DNA from: Antedon mediterranea
Taxonomy: Eukaryota > Animalia > Echinodermata
Assembly (NCBI RefSeq): GCF_964355755.1
Contig: NC_092676.1
Span: 23,392,871-23,456,870 of the forward strand
DNA: 64,000 bases
Direction of reading: 5' to 3'
Part shown: positions 25,801 through 40,800 of the stretch, in pieces
How the letters are laid out: each line of letters starts with the position of its first letter
Position numbering within the stretch: the stretch's first letter is position 1
Made by a program: the position numbers and the translations under genes
The notes under the pieces: generated by a model
Seen by the model: only the letters and a program-made list of their open reading frames with translations
Told to the model about the DNA's origin: nothing
Databases searched by the model: none

Positions 25801-28800
25801 AGCACATTATTTCAAATGGATAGCACATTATTTCAAATGGATAGCACATTGGGTAGCACAATCAAATAGATATAGTACTGTACATTATTCTATAAGGATT
25901 ATCGGGTAGCACATTATTTCAAATGGATAGCACATTAGGTAGCACAGTCAAATGGATATAGTACTGTACATTATTCTATACGGATTATCGGGTAGCACAT
26001 TCTTTCAAATGGATAGAAAATTATTTCAAATGGATAGCACATTCTTTCAAATGGATAGCACATTATTTCAAATGGATAGCACATTATTTCAAATGGATAG
26101 CACATTAGGTAGCACAATCAAATGGATGTAATTGTACTGTACATTATTCTATACGGATTATCGGGTAGCACATTCTTTCAAATAGCACACTATTTCAAAT
26201 GGATAGCACATTATTTCAAATGGATAGCACATTGGGTAGCACAATCAAATGGATATAGTACTGTACATTATTCTTTTTAGGATTATCTGGTAGCACATTA
26301 TTTCAAATGGATAGCACATTAGGTAGCACAATCAAATGGATATAATTGTACTGTACATTATTCTATAGCCTACGGATTATCGGGTAGCACATTCTTTCAA
26401 ATGGATAGCACATTAGGTAGCACAGTCAAATGGATATAGTACTGTACATTATTCTATAAGGATTATCGGGTAGCACATTCTTTCAAATGGATAGCACATT
26501 AGGTAGCACAATCAAATGGATATAGTACTGTACATTATTCTATACGGATTATCGGGTAGCACATTCTTTCAAATGGATAGCACATTCTTTCAAATGGATA
26601 GCACATTGGGTAGCACAATCAAATGGATATAGTACTGTACTGTACATTATTCTATACGGATTATCGGGTAGCACATTCTTTCAAATGGATAGCACATTCT
26701 TTCAAATGGATAGCACATTATTTCAAATGGATAGCACATTAGGTAGCACAATCAAATGGATATAATTGTACTGTACATTATTCTATACGGATTATCGGGT
26801 ACCACATTCTTTCAAATGGATAGCAAATTATTTCAAATGGATAGCATGGATTTGGGTAGCACAATCAAATTGAGCACATTGGGTAACACATTGCATCAAA
26901 TGGGAGCCTACTGTACAGTTATTCTATTGAATTGAATTGAAATATATATTTATACTGGGTAACCTCTTCAGTCAAAGACTGGTCTCCCAGAGGGCCCAGT
27001 TGGTGATCAGTGGCTGTGATGTACTAATACACCGGGGTAACCCCCCACTCGTCTCGAAAAATGTACTAGGTTCTTTAAAGTACACACGAGCTAGATGTGT
27101 ATTCTATTATCGGGTGTAGCACATTAAAATTGAGAGGATAAGATGGACATCATAATTTATTATTAAGGGGAAAAACAGCAAATCCTTACTGAGGGGACAC
27201 TCCTATAAAGCGGACATTAAGGGGACGGGGAACATTTAAGCTCAGTGCCAATGTTCACTCAATATATTTTCCATCACAAAATAACAAAAAAGACGAAATA
27301 TTTATATCCATTTATCGTTATTAAATAAAAATGGATATCATGATAATTATGATACTTTGTTTGTCTTGAAAGTTTTCATTGGTGAAACGTTGCCTGCTAC
27401 ATTTTGAATTTCCGAGTCCAGATCAGTATTGGTATTTGTTTTCCGTGATCTATTCTAACTAATGAAACAATTTTTAGAAAATGATATATCTATTCATATT
27501 CATATTCATTTATTATCCAGAAAAAATAATACAAAAACAATACAAAAAGCATATATAACATAGAACAACAACAAGCAGAGAAAAAGCGCAGAACACTATC
27601 CTGGCGGATTGTCAAAAAGCAATAAATATCGCTATAAAAGACTCTCCTGATAGTGCTGGTGGCAAAATAACATTAACAAGGATAAACATTTAACAACCCG
27701 GTAACATAGGATTTATATAAAACAGAATAAAAATTGCAATCATTATAAATAAACATGTCTGTTATATATACCGGAAATCTGATAGATATCATCTAAGTGA
27801 TGTTTTACATATAAGTTATAACGTTTAACTTTTCATTCTCCATACATTCAATTCTTTTAATATAGTTCTTGTATAACACCATATCAAGTAGTAGTAGAAA
27901 TTATTGTAGGTTTTTCTTATTATTCAGTCAATTCAGTGTTTCTATACAGAAAAGAGTAGTCAGTGGCCTTAACATCAATTAATTGTATAATTTGCACCCA
28001 AGGTCGAATAGCAAGAAACTCAGGTCCAGTTACATTGGTGTTCATTGGTCAATAGGAAATGAACAGCACACTTATGGGTGGTGACATGGGGCCTGTTCGT
28101 AGGGGTTGAAAATACCAGCTTATTCCCGATTTCCGTTCGCGTGATCCAATTAATAATGGTCGTCAGGAGAAGGCATATTTCGGCAGGATTATCGGCGTTA
28201 AGAGGCATAAGGTTTGTCGCAAGGATAAGCAGTGTAAAAGGTAGCAAGTAATTGTTATTGTAAAGAAAGATCGCGAGTAAAAAATATACAACACGAAACT
28301 AGCGTGCGAAAATGGGGTCGTAGGTTGTAAAGACAACTGACCTTAAAACGTAATTTCCGGTTTGTGATTCGTCGATTAAGCATTTAAGCGGTTAAATATT
28401 TCAAGTACGAACAACGCTCAATTTATAACCCGAGGCATGGGTGAAATTAAGCGCTTATTTTAACCACCGTACGAACACGACCAAAGTTTAGTTATTGATA
28501 AGTTGTCCTTGGGAAAAACACATTAGTTGGGTTGACCATGGGCTGACAGAGTTAACGACTTCGTAACGCTATCCGGGGCTCCTGCGCCTAATGTTAGCAC
28601 CCCTTGTCTGACTCTAGGCCTAATTGTTTGTTGGCTCTTTTCTACATTTCTCATCTTGGTATAAAATACCTGATAAACTGTCTGTGTCAAGTACACTTTC
28701 CTTTGTACTACCCCCCTGATCATTCACACTCGAGTCCAGCCCAACAGTAGCAGGCTCAGAATCAGGGACGACAGCTTCGGTGATGGTGTTTTCAACACTG

Positions 28801-31800
28801 ACTTGAGGGGGTGCAGTTATACCTATTAGGTTTTATGTGATACATAGTGATTGTTAGTGATAAGCAATCCCTTAGTTTTAGTAAACTCTTTTTTTTTCAA
28901 TTAAGTTCATAGAATTACACACATACCATATAACTATACAAGTTAGTATGCCCTTCATTATAACATATTTCCATAGTTATATTATAGCAGTGCATATACA
29001 TTATTATATCAAAGACAATATAACTATACTGGACATCAATTGTTGAATCTTTAGTACTATGAAGCAAATATAAAGCAACTTTAATTATGTGATGACCTAT
29101 GACATACGATGATCATTCAATTTGCGACAACCTACAGTAGGACCAGGGACCAATGAACTACAGTAGTTATACTGTATGTTGCATTGTCTGCAATGTAGAG
29201 TACACTATGGACAATTATAAGTCGATTTCCCATTACAGTTTTGGTGGATTGTAGGTCCAGAGGATACCAACAAGACAATAATGTATAGATCATATGTCCA
29301 AAGGCTCCCTAATGACAAAGGTCATAGGTTAACACATATCAGAAGTTCTTTTTAGGTTAGTCTGGCATTAGTGACATTAAGGTGAAGAGAGTGCCTCTCA
29401 ATAATCTATACCTTCTTCTTGTTCAGTCTCTGGTTCTTCCTCTGGGTCTGCATCTGCATCTTGGTCAATGTCTGTCACATTGACAAGGGGAGGGGATGAA
29501 TGAATAGTTGATTGATTGATTTTATTCGATAAAATAGTTAAAATATACAATGTACATATTAAAAAAGAATACCAGGATAACCCATTAAGTCGACAAATAA
29601 AAAGTAAACTTATTTCCAATGGGGTCCAAATAACAAATTAAAAGGAAAACTAAAATTTAAATGTTGTAGTATAATACTGCTGCACAGTGATTATATAACG
29701 GCTCACTAACTAAACCCAGGGGCCCGGACCTTATGGGGGCCTCTGAGGAATAAACAGGCATTAAATATGTTTAAAAAGCTAACAATGCCCAAGGCCTTAT
29801 GGGTTCCAAAACCAGGGGCCTCAGCAGGCCTCTGTGTAACGTCACTACTGCTGCATTGTAACTATATTATATCATAATAAGACAGATATTCAAAAAAATA
29901 AAAAAATTTGTATTAGAATAAAATTTCATAATACTTAACTAGACTTAAATAAATATCACTGCAAATAAAACTGTAAACATAATGATGTAAGAAATATTTC
30001 TGAACATACCGTCGGGATCTTCGCCCTCGTCTATCCTCTTTTGTCGTCTTTCGGCAATCTCAGCCAATCGTCTTTCTTCTTCTTCAGCTTTCCTTCTTTC
30101 ATCTTGAAGTCTAATATTTTAACAAATTTTTTATTAAAACAAACATTTGTGGATTTCAAGTAAATGTATTTAAATTGAAAGCAATATTTGAAAAAAATGC
30201 CAATATTTAATTTACAATTAAAAAAAAAATACTTCAAGAACATTTATTTGGACTGATATTAAAAAGATAAAAGAAAATTGATATAAAATTGCTACAAAAA
30301 GAACATTTAAATCAATACTTAATAAATGCTGAATAGTAAACAAGGCTGAGTCTAAAGCTATGTCTACACTATCAAACTAATTGGACAAAGAAAGTGGTAG
30401 TGATATTCTCAAATGGTAGTGATCCTACGTCTTTCTCCCATCTGCTATGAGCCATTTTAATGTAATGTGGAAAAGATTAACGCAATAAGTATCTTAGCTG
30501 TATTTTTAACTCAATTTGTATTTTTTGTGCCCTCTTTTAACTTTTTATATGACATCTTGTTCTCAGTTTTATGTGATTTTATTCTTTTTTACTGTTTGTG
30601 CGACACTGTTTTTAGACAATTTTAATGTGTGTACTTTCAGCCAAAGTTTCAAGCCATTCATGAGTTTGACAATAAAGTTTATTGAATTGAATTGATTTGA
30701 TATGGCATTATCATGTCCATATTACATTTTTCACATAAAGTTTGATAGTGTAGACAGAGCCTAATGCAAACACGCAAATGGTAACAGACAGTTAAATAAA
30801 TATTTAATAAATAGTAAATAACACATTTATTTATTTATTAATTTTTTTTTTTCAACAATATTTAATGAGGGTGATCTATCCAGCTATTGCTGATCATTAT
30901 GGACCCTCAGAGGTTCACAAGACAAACATATACACAAGATGCTCTACATAAACAAAGTCTTATTACAAGTCTTTGGGAGTGAAGTAATTTGGTCCTTAGA
31001 AAAAATCCTGACATGTGACGGGACTTGAACCCAGGAGTGGTAGCCAAGCATCATAACCACCAAGCCACAACTCCACTCCATTTAATAATTAACAAGGCCT
31101 AATCTTATACGAACATGCAATTGATCAAGTAAAGTACATTAAAATTAAAGCAATATTTTAAAATGCAAATATTTGAGTAGTAGTATACTGTCAGCGACGT
31201 CGATAAATCCAGAGAGCGGCGTATTTACAAGGTAAATCGGGACAAAAGTTTGCGATGCAAATTTACATCACCGCGCTAGGGCTTAGATATAGACATTTTT
31301 GTCCCGATTCACCTAGTAAATATGGCACCCTTTAGAGTTATCTAAGTTGCTTACTGTAACAAACGAAACTTAAAATAGAAAAACTCAACTTGAAAATAAA
31401 TTTAAAATAATCAACGCTGCTATAAAAATTTAATTTTTTTAATTTTTACCTAATCTGAAGTCTGAAGCTACTTCCTGTACTGCAGAAATAAAGTAGGAGA
31501 TATAGTATTTTTAATTTTACATATTATTAATATTAAATCAAATTCATCAAAAGATTTCTATAACACACACCTTAAAATTTCAAAAGAGCTACAAATGCTT
31601 ATAAAAGTTCCAAAACTCTTTATATTCCATTTTCCCACCATAATTATAATAATGATAATTTTTTTGCAATATTGTTCTTAATTGAATTAATGAGAATAAT
31701 CTGTACAGAACATCATCTTGAAAAATTGTTTTAACTTCTCTCTCCTCTTTTACTCGCTCCCTTTTCAACTGACAATCAGACATTGTTTTATAAGTGACTC

Positions 31801-34800
31801 ACCTGGCTTCCTCCAGCACCCGATTCTTTTCTTCTTCCTCTTCTTGTTGTCGGATTTTAGCTTTCATATCAACCTCTTCTTTGTTGAGTTTATACCAACG
31901 TTTTAAAAGTAAAACACCATTTTCGCTTGGATCTTTTAACATGATGACCTCATCAGGTGCCAATCCTCGATCTATCATGACGTTCCACTGCTCTCTTGTT
32001 TGCGGAAAGTTATCGAGAATCCAACCACCAGCACTTTGAGAGAAAAAGATATTATAGTTATTTTATCCAAGGAAATATTTTTATTTAAATTGTTGATTTT
32101 TTGTCCACAACAGCTAAAAAAACTCTTGTGCTGTGATACAGTAGTTCGTAAGTAAGGAATTCCCTTTAAAGAGGTATTCCTTAGATAGGAGAATGTTATA
32201 AATTTGAAGTTGTTTCCTTTCTTTTAGCCTACGCTTATAAGTGGTAATGGTGAATCTGGCCACAGGACCACAGTGCCTATGGTAACAAGTGTTAGCCCCA
32301 CATAACTGCTACTAACTCCCATCTACTGTACAGTTTCCAGTAGCCTCAACTGACACTTACATTGGTCCAGACTGATCTCTGCGAATTAGTTCCTTCTCAA
32401 CTACAGTGATAGCTTCTTCTACTGCATCCACATACTGGTCTGGTGTCAAGGTGTACGTCTGAGATTCTGCCTCTCTAATGGCAGCTTCAATAGCAGCCTG
32501 TACCTCTGGATGTGTCTCGTTCACCTCTGTGTCCAGTACTTCGGTTACTACTGATGCTGGTTCAGTGGGGGCGATGGAATCTTTTGTGGTCACATTATCA
32601 TCTGAAAAATAAATTTTAAAATGACTTTGTAGTTATTGTAAATAAAATAGAAAAAAGAAAAAAAACAATAGAATACATGAATGAATATATGAATTGTTAT
32701 TACTCCTTCTCCTGGTCCGGACATTTATTTCAAATACTGTATGTAGGCCAGCAGGCCTAAGTATATAAAAAGGCAAAATGAATTATTTATTTACATTGAT
32801 ATTTTTGAAAATGTTATAATACCGTTTAAAATTTGTAAACCATTTTATTTCAGTGTTTTATTCATGGCTGCCAATTAATTTCATATAATGTACAAGACCA
32901 ATAAAGTTTCTATATTCTGTATGAAATTTTAGTATTATAAAAATGTTATATTACCTTTGTCTTCATCATCCTCATCTATTGATAAAAATAAAAGAAAATA
33001 AATTATTAGAATCAATTTAAATCATAATCTTAGGATCAGTAGTTGCAACAGAGCATTGGAATAAAAAAATATAATAGTATAATATAAAAAGTACAGTACA
33101 GTTAACTTTATAAAAATCGGAAAAGTAAATTCTTTCTTATTACAGTACACTTGACAAATGTAACCATAATAGATAAAATGTAATTATTAAGTTGATAAAA
33201 CACAAACAAAATTATTAATAAATACCATTAAAAACACTGTTTAAGAAAATGATACATACAAGAGTAATAGGATTATGTGTAATGTACTAGTGGCTAAAAA
33301 TGAAATACATACTTTTCAATAAAAGTAGTGAATTACAGTATGTGAGTGAACAGACAAAAGAATTACTAAATATAAATGAAGACTAGATAGCAAGGCTGAT
33401 TGCAGGCTGAAATATGATTACTTTCTGCAAGAAAACAACTTTCACATAATAAAAGAGTGATATATTTTAAAAACCAAATTCATAAATGATTAGGGATCAC
33501 ATCAAAATAATTTAACTGCAGTTACTGCAGTAATGAATATTTCCTACTGCAATATTGTAGATTTTAGTTTGTTTTAATGTACAAAACAGCAGTCACTGCT
33601 ATATAAAGTGTTTAAGTTTAAATCCAAAGCTTGTTAAATACTGCAGTAACTGCAGTAGAATAATTTTGCCTTGGTCCCTTAAAGATTACAATAAACACTA
33701 GAATAAGTGGAAAGAAGCAACAAATTGTAGGATGAATTGATTAATTTCTGTAAGAATAAAACTTTCACGTTATATGAAAAGATACAACACACCCTACTGT
33801 AATATAGTAATATATTTTGCAATTTTAATTCATAATTAGTGACCATGTCAAAATAATTTTACTGCAGTAACTACATTGTTTACTGCAAAAATGTATGATT
33901 TTAGTTTGTTTCAAGTTTTAGTTTATCAAGCAGTCACTGCAATAATATAAGTATATAAGTTTATTTTAAAAAAAAGCTTCCTAAGAAATAAAACAGGTTT
34001 ATAAAGAGTAAACAAATGTAGTCACTGCAGTATAATAATGTTGACATGGTCCCTTAAAAAAAACAAAAACAAAACAAAAAAACAAGTGGAAAGAAGCATG
34101 TTATTAATATAGTGAGCCAGACAGTTGCAATTAGTAAGCTAGTTTTCTTGAATATTGTCTACCTTCTCCCACATCATCCTTTTTATCATCGTCTGAATCT
34201 TTTCTTTCCTCTTCTTTTTGCTCCCCTTCATCTGGACCAGGTGTTTTATCACCCTCTGACTCTGATAATTTGTATCTCTCTGTGTTAACAATGGAAGCAA
34301 ACAAATTAGGTATTTACCATTATGATATCATGCAATACAGATAGATATGAACTAGGTCAACAATATAATTTGTAATATACTTGAGTACCAAAATAAAATG
34401 TATTATAAATCAATACATTAAAGAGACATTTTCGGGACACAAAGTGTTACCATTGGGATTTCCACTGAATAGGGTTGACTGTTGTGTTAAAACTCATTGC
34501 CCCTTGTTAATTTCACAGAAAAGTGTCCCTTTATATAATGTCAAATGAAAAGAAATGTCCCAAAAAGAGAGGTTTAGTGTAGTAAAATTAAATAACAAAA
34601 ACACTTTTGGAAATTTATTTTACTTTGAGTAATATGCAAGACTTTTTCGTGAAAGGAACGAGGGACCAATTATGTTTGAACATATGTCCAACCCTTATTG
34701 AGTAGGAGATACCTCTTTTAATAAGAAACTTGTTCTAAAGTATTCCTATAATACTACAGAGATACCAGAAGTACAAAGTTCTAGGAGAAGTAGAGGAAAT

Positions 34801-37800
34801 TGTATACCACGATAGGCCTACTATTACTATCACTAATAAAAGAAAATTCTATAGAACAGATTGCTTTATCATCGATTTTTTTGATGATCAGAAATTAGTG
34901 ACATCATAAAGTGTCATTGTCCAGCAAAATCAATACCTTCTTAATAAAAGATATAAAGATATAAATACTGTAGTACTAATTTAATACCATTTTAGAAGTC
35001 TTTAAAATCAGCAGAATCAAGATAAGAAGAAAAGACATGATTATTTTCAAAAGGTTACTACAAGTGGTTTTTAGTAAAGTCACAGCAAAACAAAATATTA
35101 ATCAACTGGCACCAGAATATTCCACAAGAGTTTCAATGTGTTTTATACCTTCCTCTTCCGCCACCTCTGCTTCTTCTTGGGCTTTTATACGAGCGAGTTG
35201 CTCAGCAGCTACACAAATTATAAAGTGAAAAGTTAATACTGAATTTATAGGTACTGTAGGTCATATTTTATTATCAAATCGGTTGATTTAACCGAGTGCA
35301 AGTCTGTTTACATAGAAAAAACAGGCAGACCTGCTCATACTGTACACACAAGAAAAGCGTCACAGATCACATTATGGGGTAAAGACTAGATCATCTCTCA
35401 CAGATACACAACAAAAATCAGCAGTTAAAGATCGCATACATGGGTTCCTCCTCTCCGATGTCGTAGGTCTAGAGTCGAAAACCTATTCCGCACCAAGTAC
35501 TGTAGCATACTAAAGGTATTCATTAAGATTTTTTTTAATTGTGTAATGGCTTTGGCATGGTGAAGTTCAATCATAAAATCACAGAAAAAAATTAAAGAAG
35601 CTATTGGGGTCAAAAAACATAAAACCTTGAACATAAGAAGGCACATTCAATACAAACTATCAAATATTTATAACCATTTCTTCTGGTAGAGGCCAATACA
35701 CAACACCTTTAGCATCCAACAACAAACAACCATTGTATGATTGAAACGTAACAGTAAATATGCTTATGTTGGCTTACTACTACTAGCAACTATTTTTTAT
35801 CAATTTATTGTTTATGTTCGTAACCCTGGTTTTTTCACTCCCGCATGCATGATGTAAACGAATCAATTCCACTACGTCATGAAATATATGCAGTTTCTAT
35901 AGTGACGAAAAAAACAATCCACAATGCGTTACAACAAAAGGTGTGTCTACTGTGTCGTACTTCAACAAAAATTATTATACGGTTTCTCTTTCTTTAAATT
36001 ACAGTATATTCTGAATAAATGTAAGTGAAATATCTGTATTTAATAATGTAAAACATTGATTCTACTAGTACATATATAGTATAATGGTATTTTAACTAAA
36101 CAGTTTGCAGAAACAAACCATTTGATCACTGGATGAACAGGTCAATTTTTTTGTTAGAATTAGTATATTATAAGCAACTTAATCAGGAAAAAGCACAACA
36201 ATTCAACATTATTTATAATGTAAAAATCAATCCAGCTTTTTGGCTGCTACAGATTTTTATTTGCCTTAGTAAATTGTTTTTGATGTTTTTTTTTAAATTG
36301 AAATAAAGATACCGAGATATATATAAGATACTGTAAGTTTCGGAAGATAATTGTTTAGCAACAATATATTAAAATAAATAAAATGAACTATGACACAAAA
36401 GACGAAAATACAAATTTTTAAATTCAATTGGCCATATTATGATGATGTCATCTGATTGGCAAAATGTTTACATGAATTTGTATCTACAATCCAATAGCTT
36501 CTAGAAAACGTTTTAATCATGATTATCACTTTTCATTCTGAAGACCTATAACATATTGAAATTTACTGTAAAGATGAAAATAAGTGACCCACGTTATTTA
36601 AATTTTTAGACATAACGTCATAAAAATGTTAATATGTTTAATTCGTTCGAAAGATAGTTGCTTGACCTAGATAATATTAAAATCTTGGGGGAAATTGAAT
36701 ACGGATAAGCGAGATGCCCTCTATTGAATGCGATTTCTGCATGAATTCATATCTACAACAAATCTGCTTACATATTTAATTAAAGTTAAACAAATTGAGG
36801 GGTCACGTGTAGAAAGTTGATTAGAAATTGATGTTGAGCATTTTCAACTTTCAAAGTGTGCGTACGCGCGAAAATACCAATGTTAAACATTTTGCTGATG
36901 ATATGAAGCATTCATGTGTCCAAATTTCATTTGAAAAGGCTGTTAGTTTTGAATTTATAGTCAAAGTTCTAGGAGAAGTAGAGGAAATTGTATACCACGA
37001 TAGGCCTACTATTACTATCACTAATAAAAGAAAATTCTATAGAACAGATTGCTTTATCATCGATTTTTTTGATGATCAGAAATTAGTGACATCATAAAGT
37101 GTCATTGTCCAGCAAAATCAATACCTTCTTAATAAAAGATATGAAGATATAAATAGTACTAATTTAATACCATTTTAGAAGTCTTTAAAATCAGCAGAAT
37201 CAAGATAAGAAGAAAAGACATGATTATTTTCAAAAGGTTACTACAAGTGGTTTTTAGTAAAGTCACAGCAAAACAAAATATTAATCAACTGGCACCAGAA
37301 TACTCCACAAGAGTTTCAATGTGTTTTACCTTCCTCTTCCGCCACCTCTGCTTCTTCTTGGGCTTTTATACGAGCGAGTTGCTCAGCAGCTACACAAATT
37401 ATAAAGTGAAAAGTTAATACTGAATTTATAGGTACTGTAGGTCATATTTTATTATCAAATCGGTTGATTTAACCGAGTGCAAGTCTGTTTACATAGAAAA
37501 AACAGGCAGACCTGCTCATACTGTACACACAAGAAAAGCGTCACAGATCACATTATGGGGTAAGGACTAGATCATCTCTCACAGATACACAACACAAATC
37601 AGCAGTTAAAGATCGCATACATGGGTTCCTCCTCTCCGATGTCGTAGGTCTAGAGTCGAAAACCTATTCCGCACCAAGTACTGTAGCATACTAAAGGTAT
37701 TCATTAAGATTTTTCTTAATTGTGTAATGGCTTTGGCATGGTGAAGTTCAATCATAAAATCACAGAAAAAAATTAAAGAAGCTATTGGGATCAAAAAACA

Positions 37801-40800
37801 TAAAACCTTGAACATAAGAAGGCACATACAATACAAACTATCAAATATTTATAACCATTTCTTCTGGTAGAGGCCAATACACAACACCTTTAGCATCCAA
37901 CAACAAACAACCATTGTATGATTGAAACGTAACAGTAAATATGCTTATGTTGGCTTACTACTACTAGCAACTATTTTTTATCAATTTATTTATTGTTTAT
38001 GTTCGTAACCCTGGTTTTTTCACTCCCGCATTCATGATGTAAACGAATCAATTCCACTACGTCATGAAATATATGCAGTTTCTATAGTGACGAAAAAAAC
38101 AATCCACAATGCGTTACAACAAAAGGTGTGTCTACTGTGTCGTACTTCAACAAAAATTATTATACGGTTTCTCTTTCTTTAAATTACAGTATATTCTGAA
38201 TAAATGTAATGTAAGTGAAATATCTGTATTTAATAATGTAAAACATTGATTCTACTAGTACATATATAGTATAATGGTATTTTAACTAAACAGTTTGCAG
38301 AAACAAACCATTTGATCACTGGATGAACAGGTCAAATTTTTTGTTAGAATTAGTATATTAAAAGCAACTTAATCAGGAAAAAGCATCAACAATTCAACAT
38401 TATAATGTAAAAATCAGTCCAGCTTGTTGGCTGCTACAGATTTTTATTTGCCTTAGTAAATTATTTTTGATGTTTTTTTAAAAATTGAAATAAAGATACC
38501 GAGATATATATAAGATACTGTAAGTTTCGGAAGATAATTGTTTAGCAACAATATATTAAAATAAATATAATGAACTATGACACAAAAGACGAAAATACAA
38601 ATTTTTTAATTCAATTGGCCATATTATGATGATGTCATCTGATTGGCAAAATGTTTACATGAATTTGTATCTACAATCCAATAGCTTCTAGAAAACGTTT
38701 TAATCATGATTATCACTTTTCATTCTGAAGACCTATAACATATTGAAATTTTTAGACATAACGTCATAAAAATGTTAATATGTTTAATTAGTTCGAAAGA
38801 TAGTTGATTGACCTAGATAATATTAAAATCTTGGGGGAAATTGAATACGGATAAGCGAGATGCCCTCTATTGAATGCGATTTCTGCATGAATTCATATCT
38901 ACAACAAATCTGCTTACATATTTAATTAAAGTTGAGGGGTCACGTGTAGAAAGTTGATTAGAAATTGATGTTGAGCATTTTCAACTTTCAAAGTGTGCGT
39001 ACGTGCGAAAATACCAATGTTCAAAATTTTGCTGATGATATGAAGCATTCATGTGTCCAAATTTCATTTGAAAAAGGCTGTTAGTTTTTAATTTATAGTC
39101 AATTTAAGAATTTCAGAAAATCGTGCATAGTCACGCTACGCGACCATATTTTCATTAAACCAAAGTTTGTTACACAACTACATATACATGTGCATCTGCT
39201 GGCCAAGTTACAACATAACTGCAATCGTCGTTTTCGCAATCTGCGACGAACAAAAAATGAGCAGAAAAAATTGAATTTTTCTCTCTCTCCCCAGAGAGCG
39301 ATAGCCGCCTAATAATATAAAACTAGAATTTAATTTGACGAATTATAGGTGATCGTTTTGATAATTTTACTGAAATTAAATTATTAAAAACATGCACATA
39401 CGATCGGAAAATGTTGATGTATGCCATCCTTATAATGACCTGATGAATTATAATACAACGCTTATAGTGCTGAGTTGTGCCATTATATGCCATATAGAAT
39501 GTACAGTATACTTTTTTTCATTCAAATTCAAATAAACATTTATTTCTTTCATTCATATTGAGTAAAAACATTATAATTTCTGATATTTTATATATAAATA
39601 TTTTTTTTTTAGAGATATAATACAGTAAATCATAATGTATAAAAAGATGATTCAGTTATATACAAAATGAAAGAGGCAAAAAAACCCAAGAAAGTATCGA
39701 TCAATTGGAAACAAAAATCCAATTGAAACTTGTATGTTGGGAAGCCATGTAAGAAGATTATACTTAAATATATAAATGTAAACATATACTATACATACAC
39801 ATATAGATCAACAGACACACACACACACACACACACCAACAGTAAAGGAAGCAATTTCAAAAAAGTTTCTAAAGTTAAAAAAATATTACAAAATAGAGAA
39901 AACAATTAGTTATAATTTGAAATAAGATATTCTTTAAGTTTAAAAGAGAACATTTTGCTAGAAGACGATGATGAAATTTCGGGAGGTAGATTATTCAATA
40001 GTTTAGAACCACTATAGCGAATGTTATGTTTCATTTTAGTTAGTTTAGGTTGAGGAAGATGAAGGTCCCGTGATGCTCTTGTGTTATACGAATGGATTTC
40101 AGAGTTAGTTAAAAAATTACAGGAAAAGTTAGAAGGCAGTTTGGAATTAATATGTTCATAAACGAATTGTATATCTATACAGTGTAGCATAGGTGAAATT
40201 GTTGTTGCACACACCATGTTCTAATTTTTTTATATGATGGATCAAAATAAATTTTGAAAGATAATGAATTGAGCAAATAAATATAAGAATTGGAAGAAAA
40301 TTTGGAACATATAGAAGCGCATTGCACGCTCTTTGAAATTTGTATTTGACTAAAGACATAAAAACTACTTTTTAACTTCAATCAACTGGCCATATGATAA
40401 CATCACAACATCCGATAGGCCTAATTTTTATATGAATTCATATCTATATTTCATCAACTTCCATAAGTTATAATCTGCAAGAAGGTCACCTTTAATGCTG
40501 AAGAGCTGTAAGATATTCAAATATATGGTGTAGGTGAAATTACACGACCTACGTTATTCTAATTTTTACGCCTGATGACGTCATCAAAATGAAAATTCTG
40601 ACACTAACTCATAAGAGAGATAATTAATTAAGTTTTGCGTCAGGGAGTTGAGTTATTAGATGTTTTCCCCTACTCTGACGTAATTTGTACTTTATACTAA
40701 GTACATTGAGAATTAGAATCCTAGTTCTGGTGGTGGAACAAGTCTTCTCGGATAAGTATCTATTTTTATTTCATCGTTTTTGTTTTTATTTATTATTTTA

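Larger units (their letters stand above)
24555..28593. mobile_element. 4-kb non-autonomous DNA transposon with perfect 32-bp TIRs
   Basis: CATTAGGCGCAGGAGCCCCGGATAGCGTTACG (24555-24586) and its exact reverse complement (28562-28593). No transposase ORF. Superfamily not assigned. Confidence 0.85.

Noticed and set aside
25515-26900. CRISPR-like appearance of short repeats separated by other sequence
   Set aside because: The intervening segments are themselves repeated rather than unique spacers, there are no cas genes, and the context is a eukaryotic intron.
30860-31075. tRNA-like A/B boxes on the minus strand (also about 53860-53910 and the 25085 head)
   Set aside because: No full cloverleaf. 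They are followed by SINE body or tail, so they are SINE heads and not tRNA genes.
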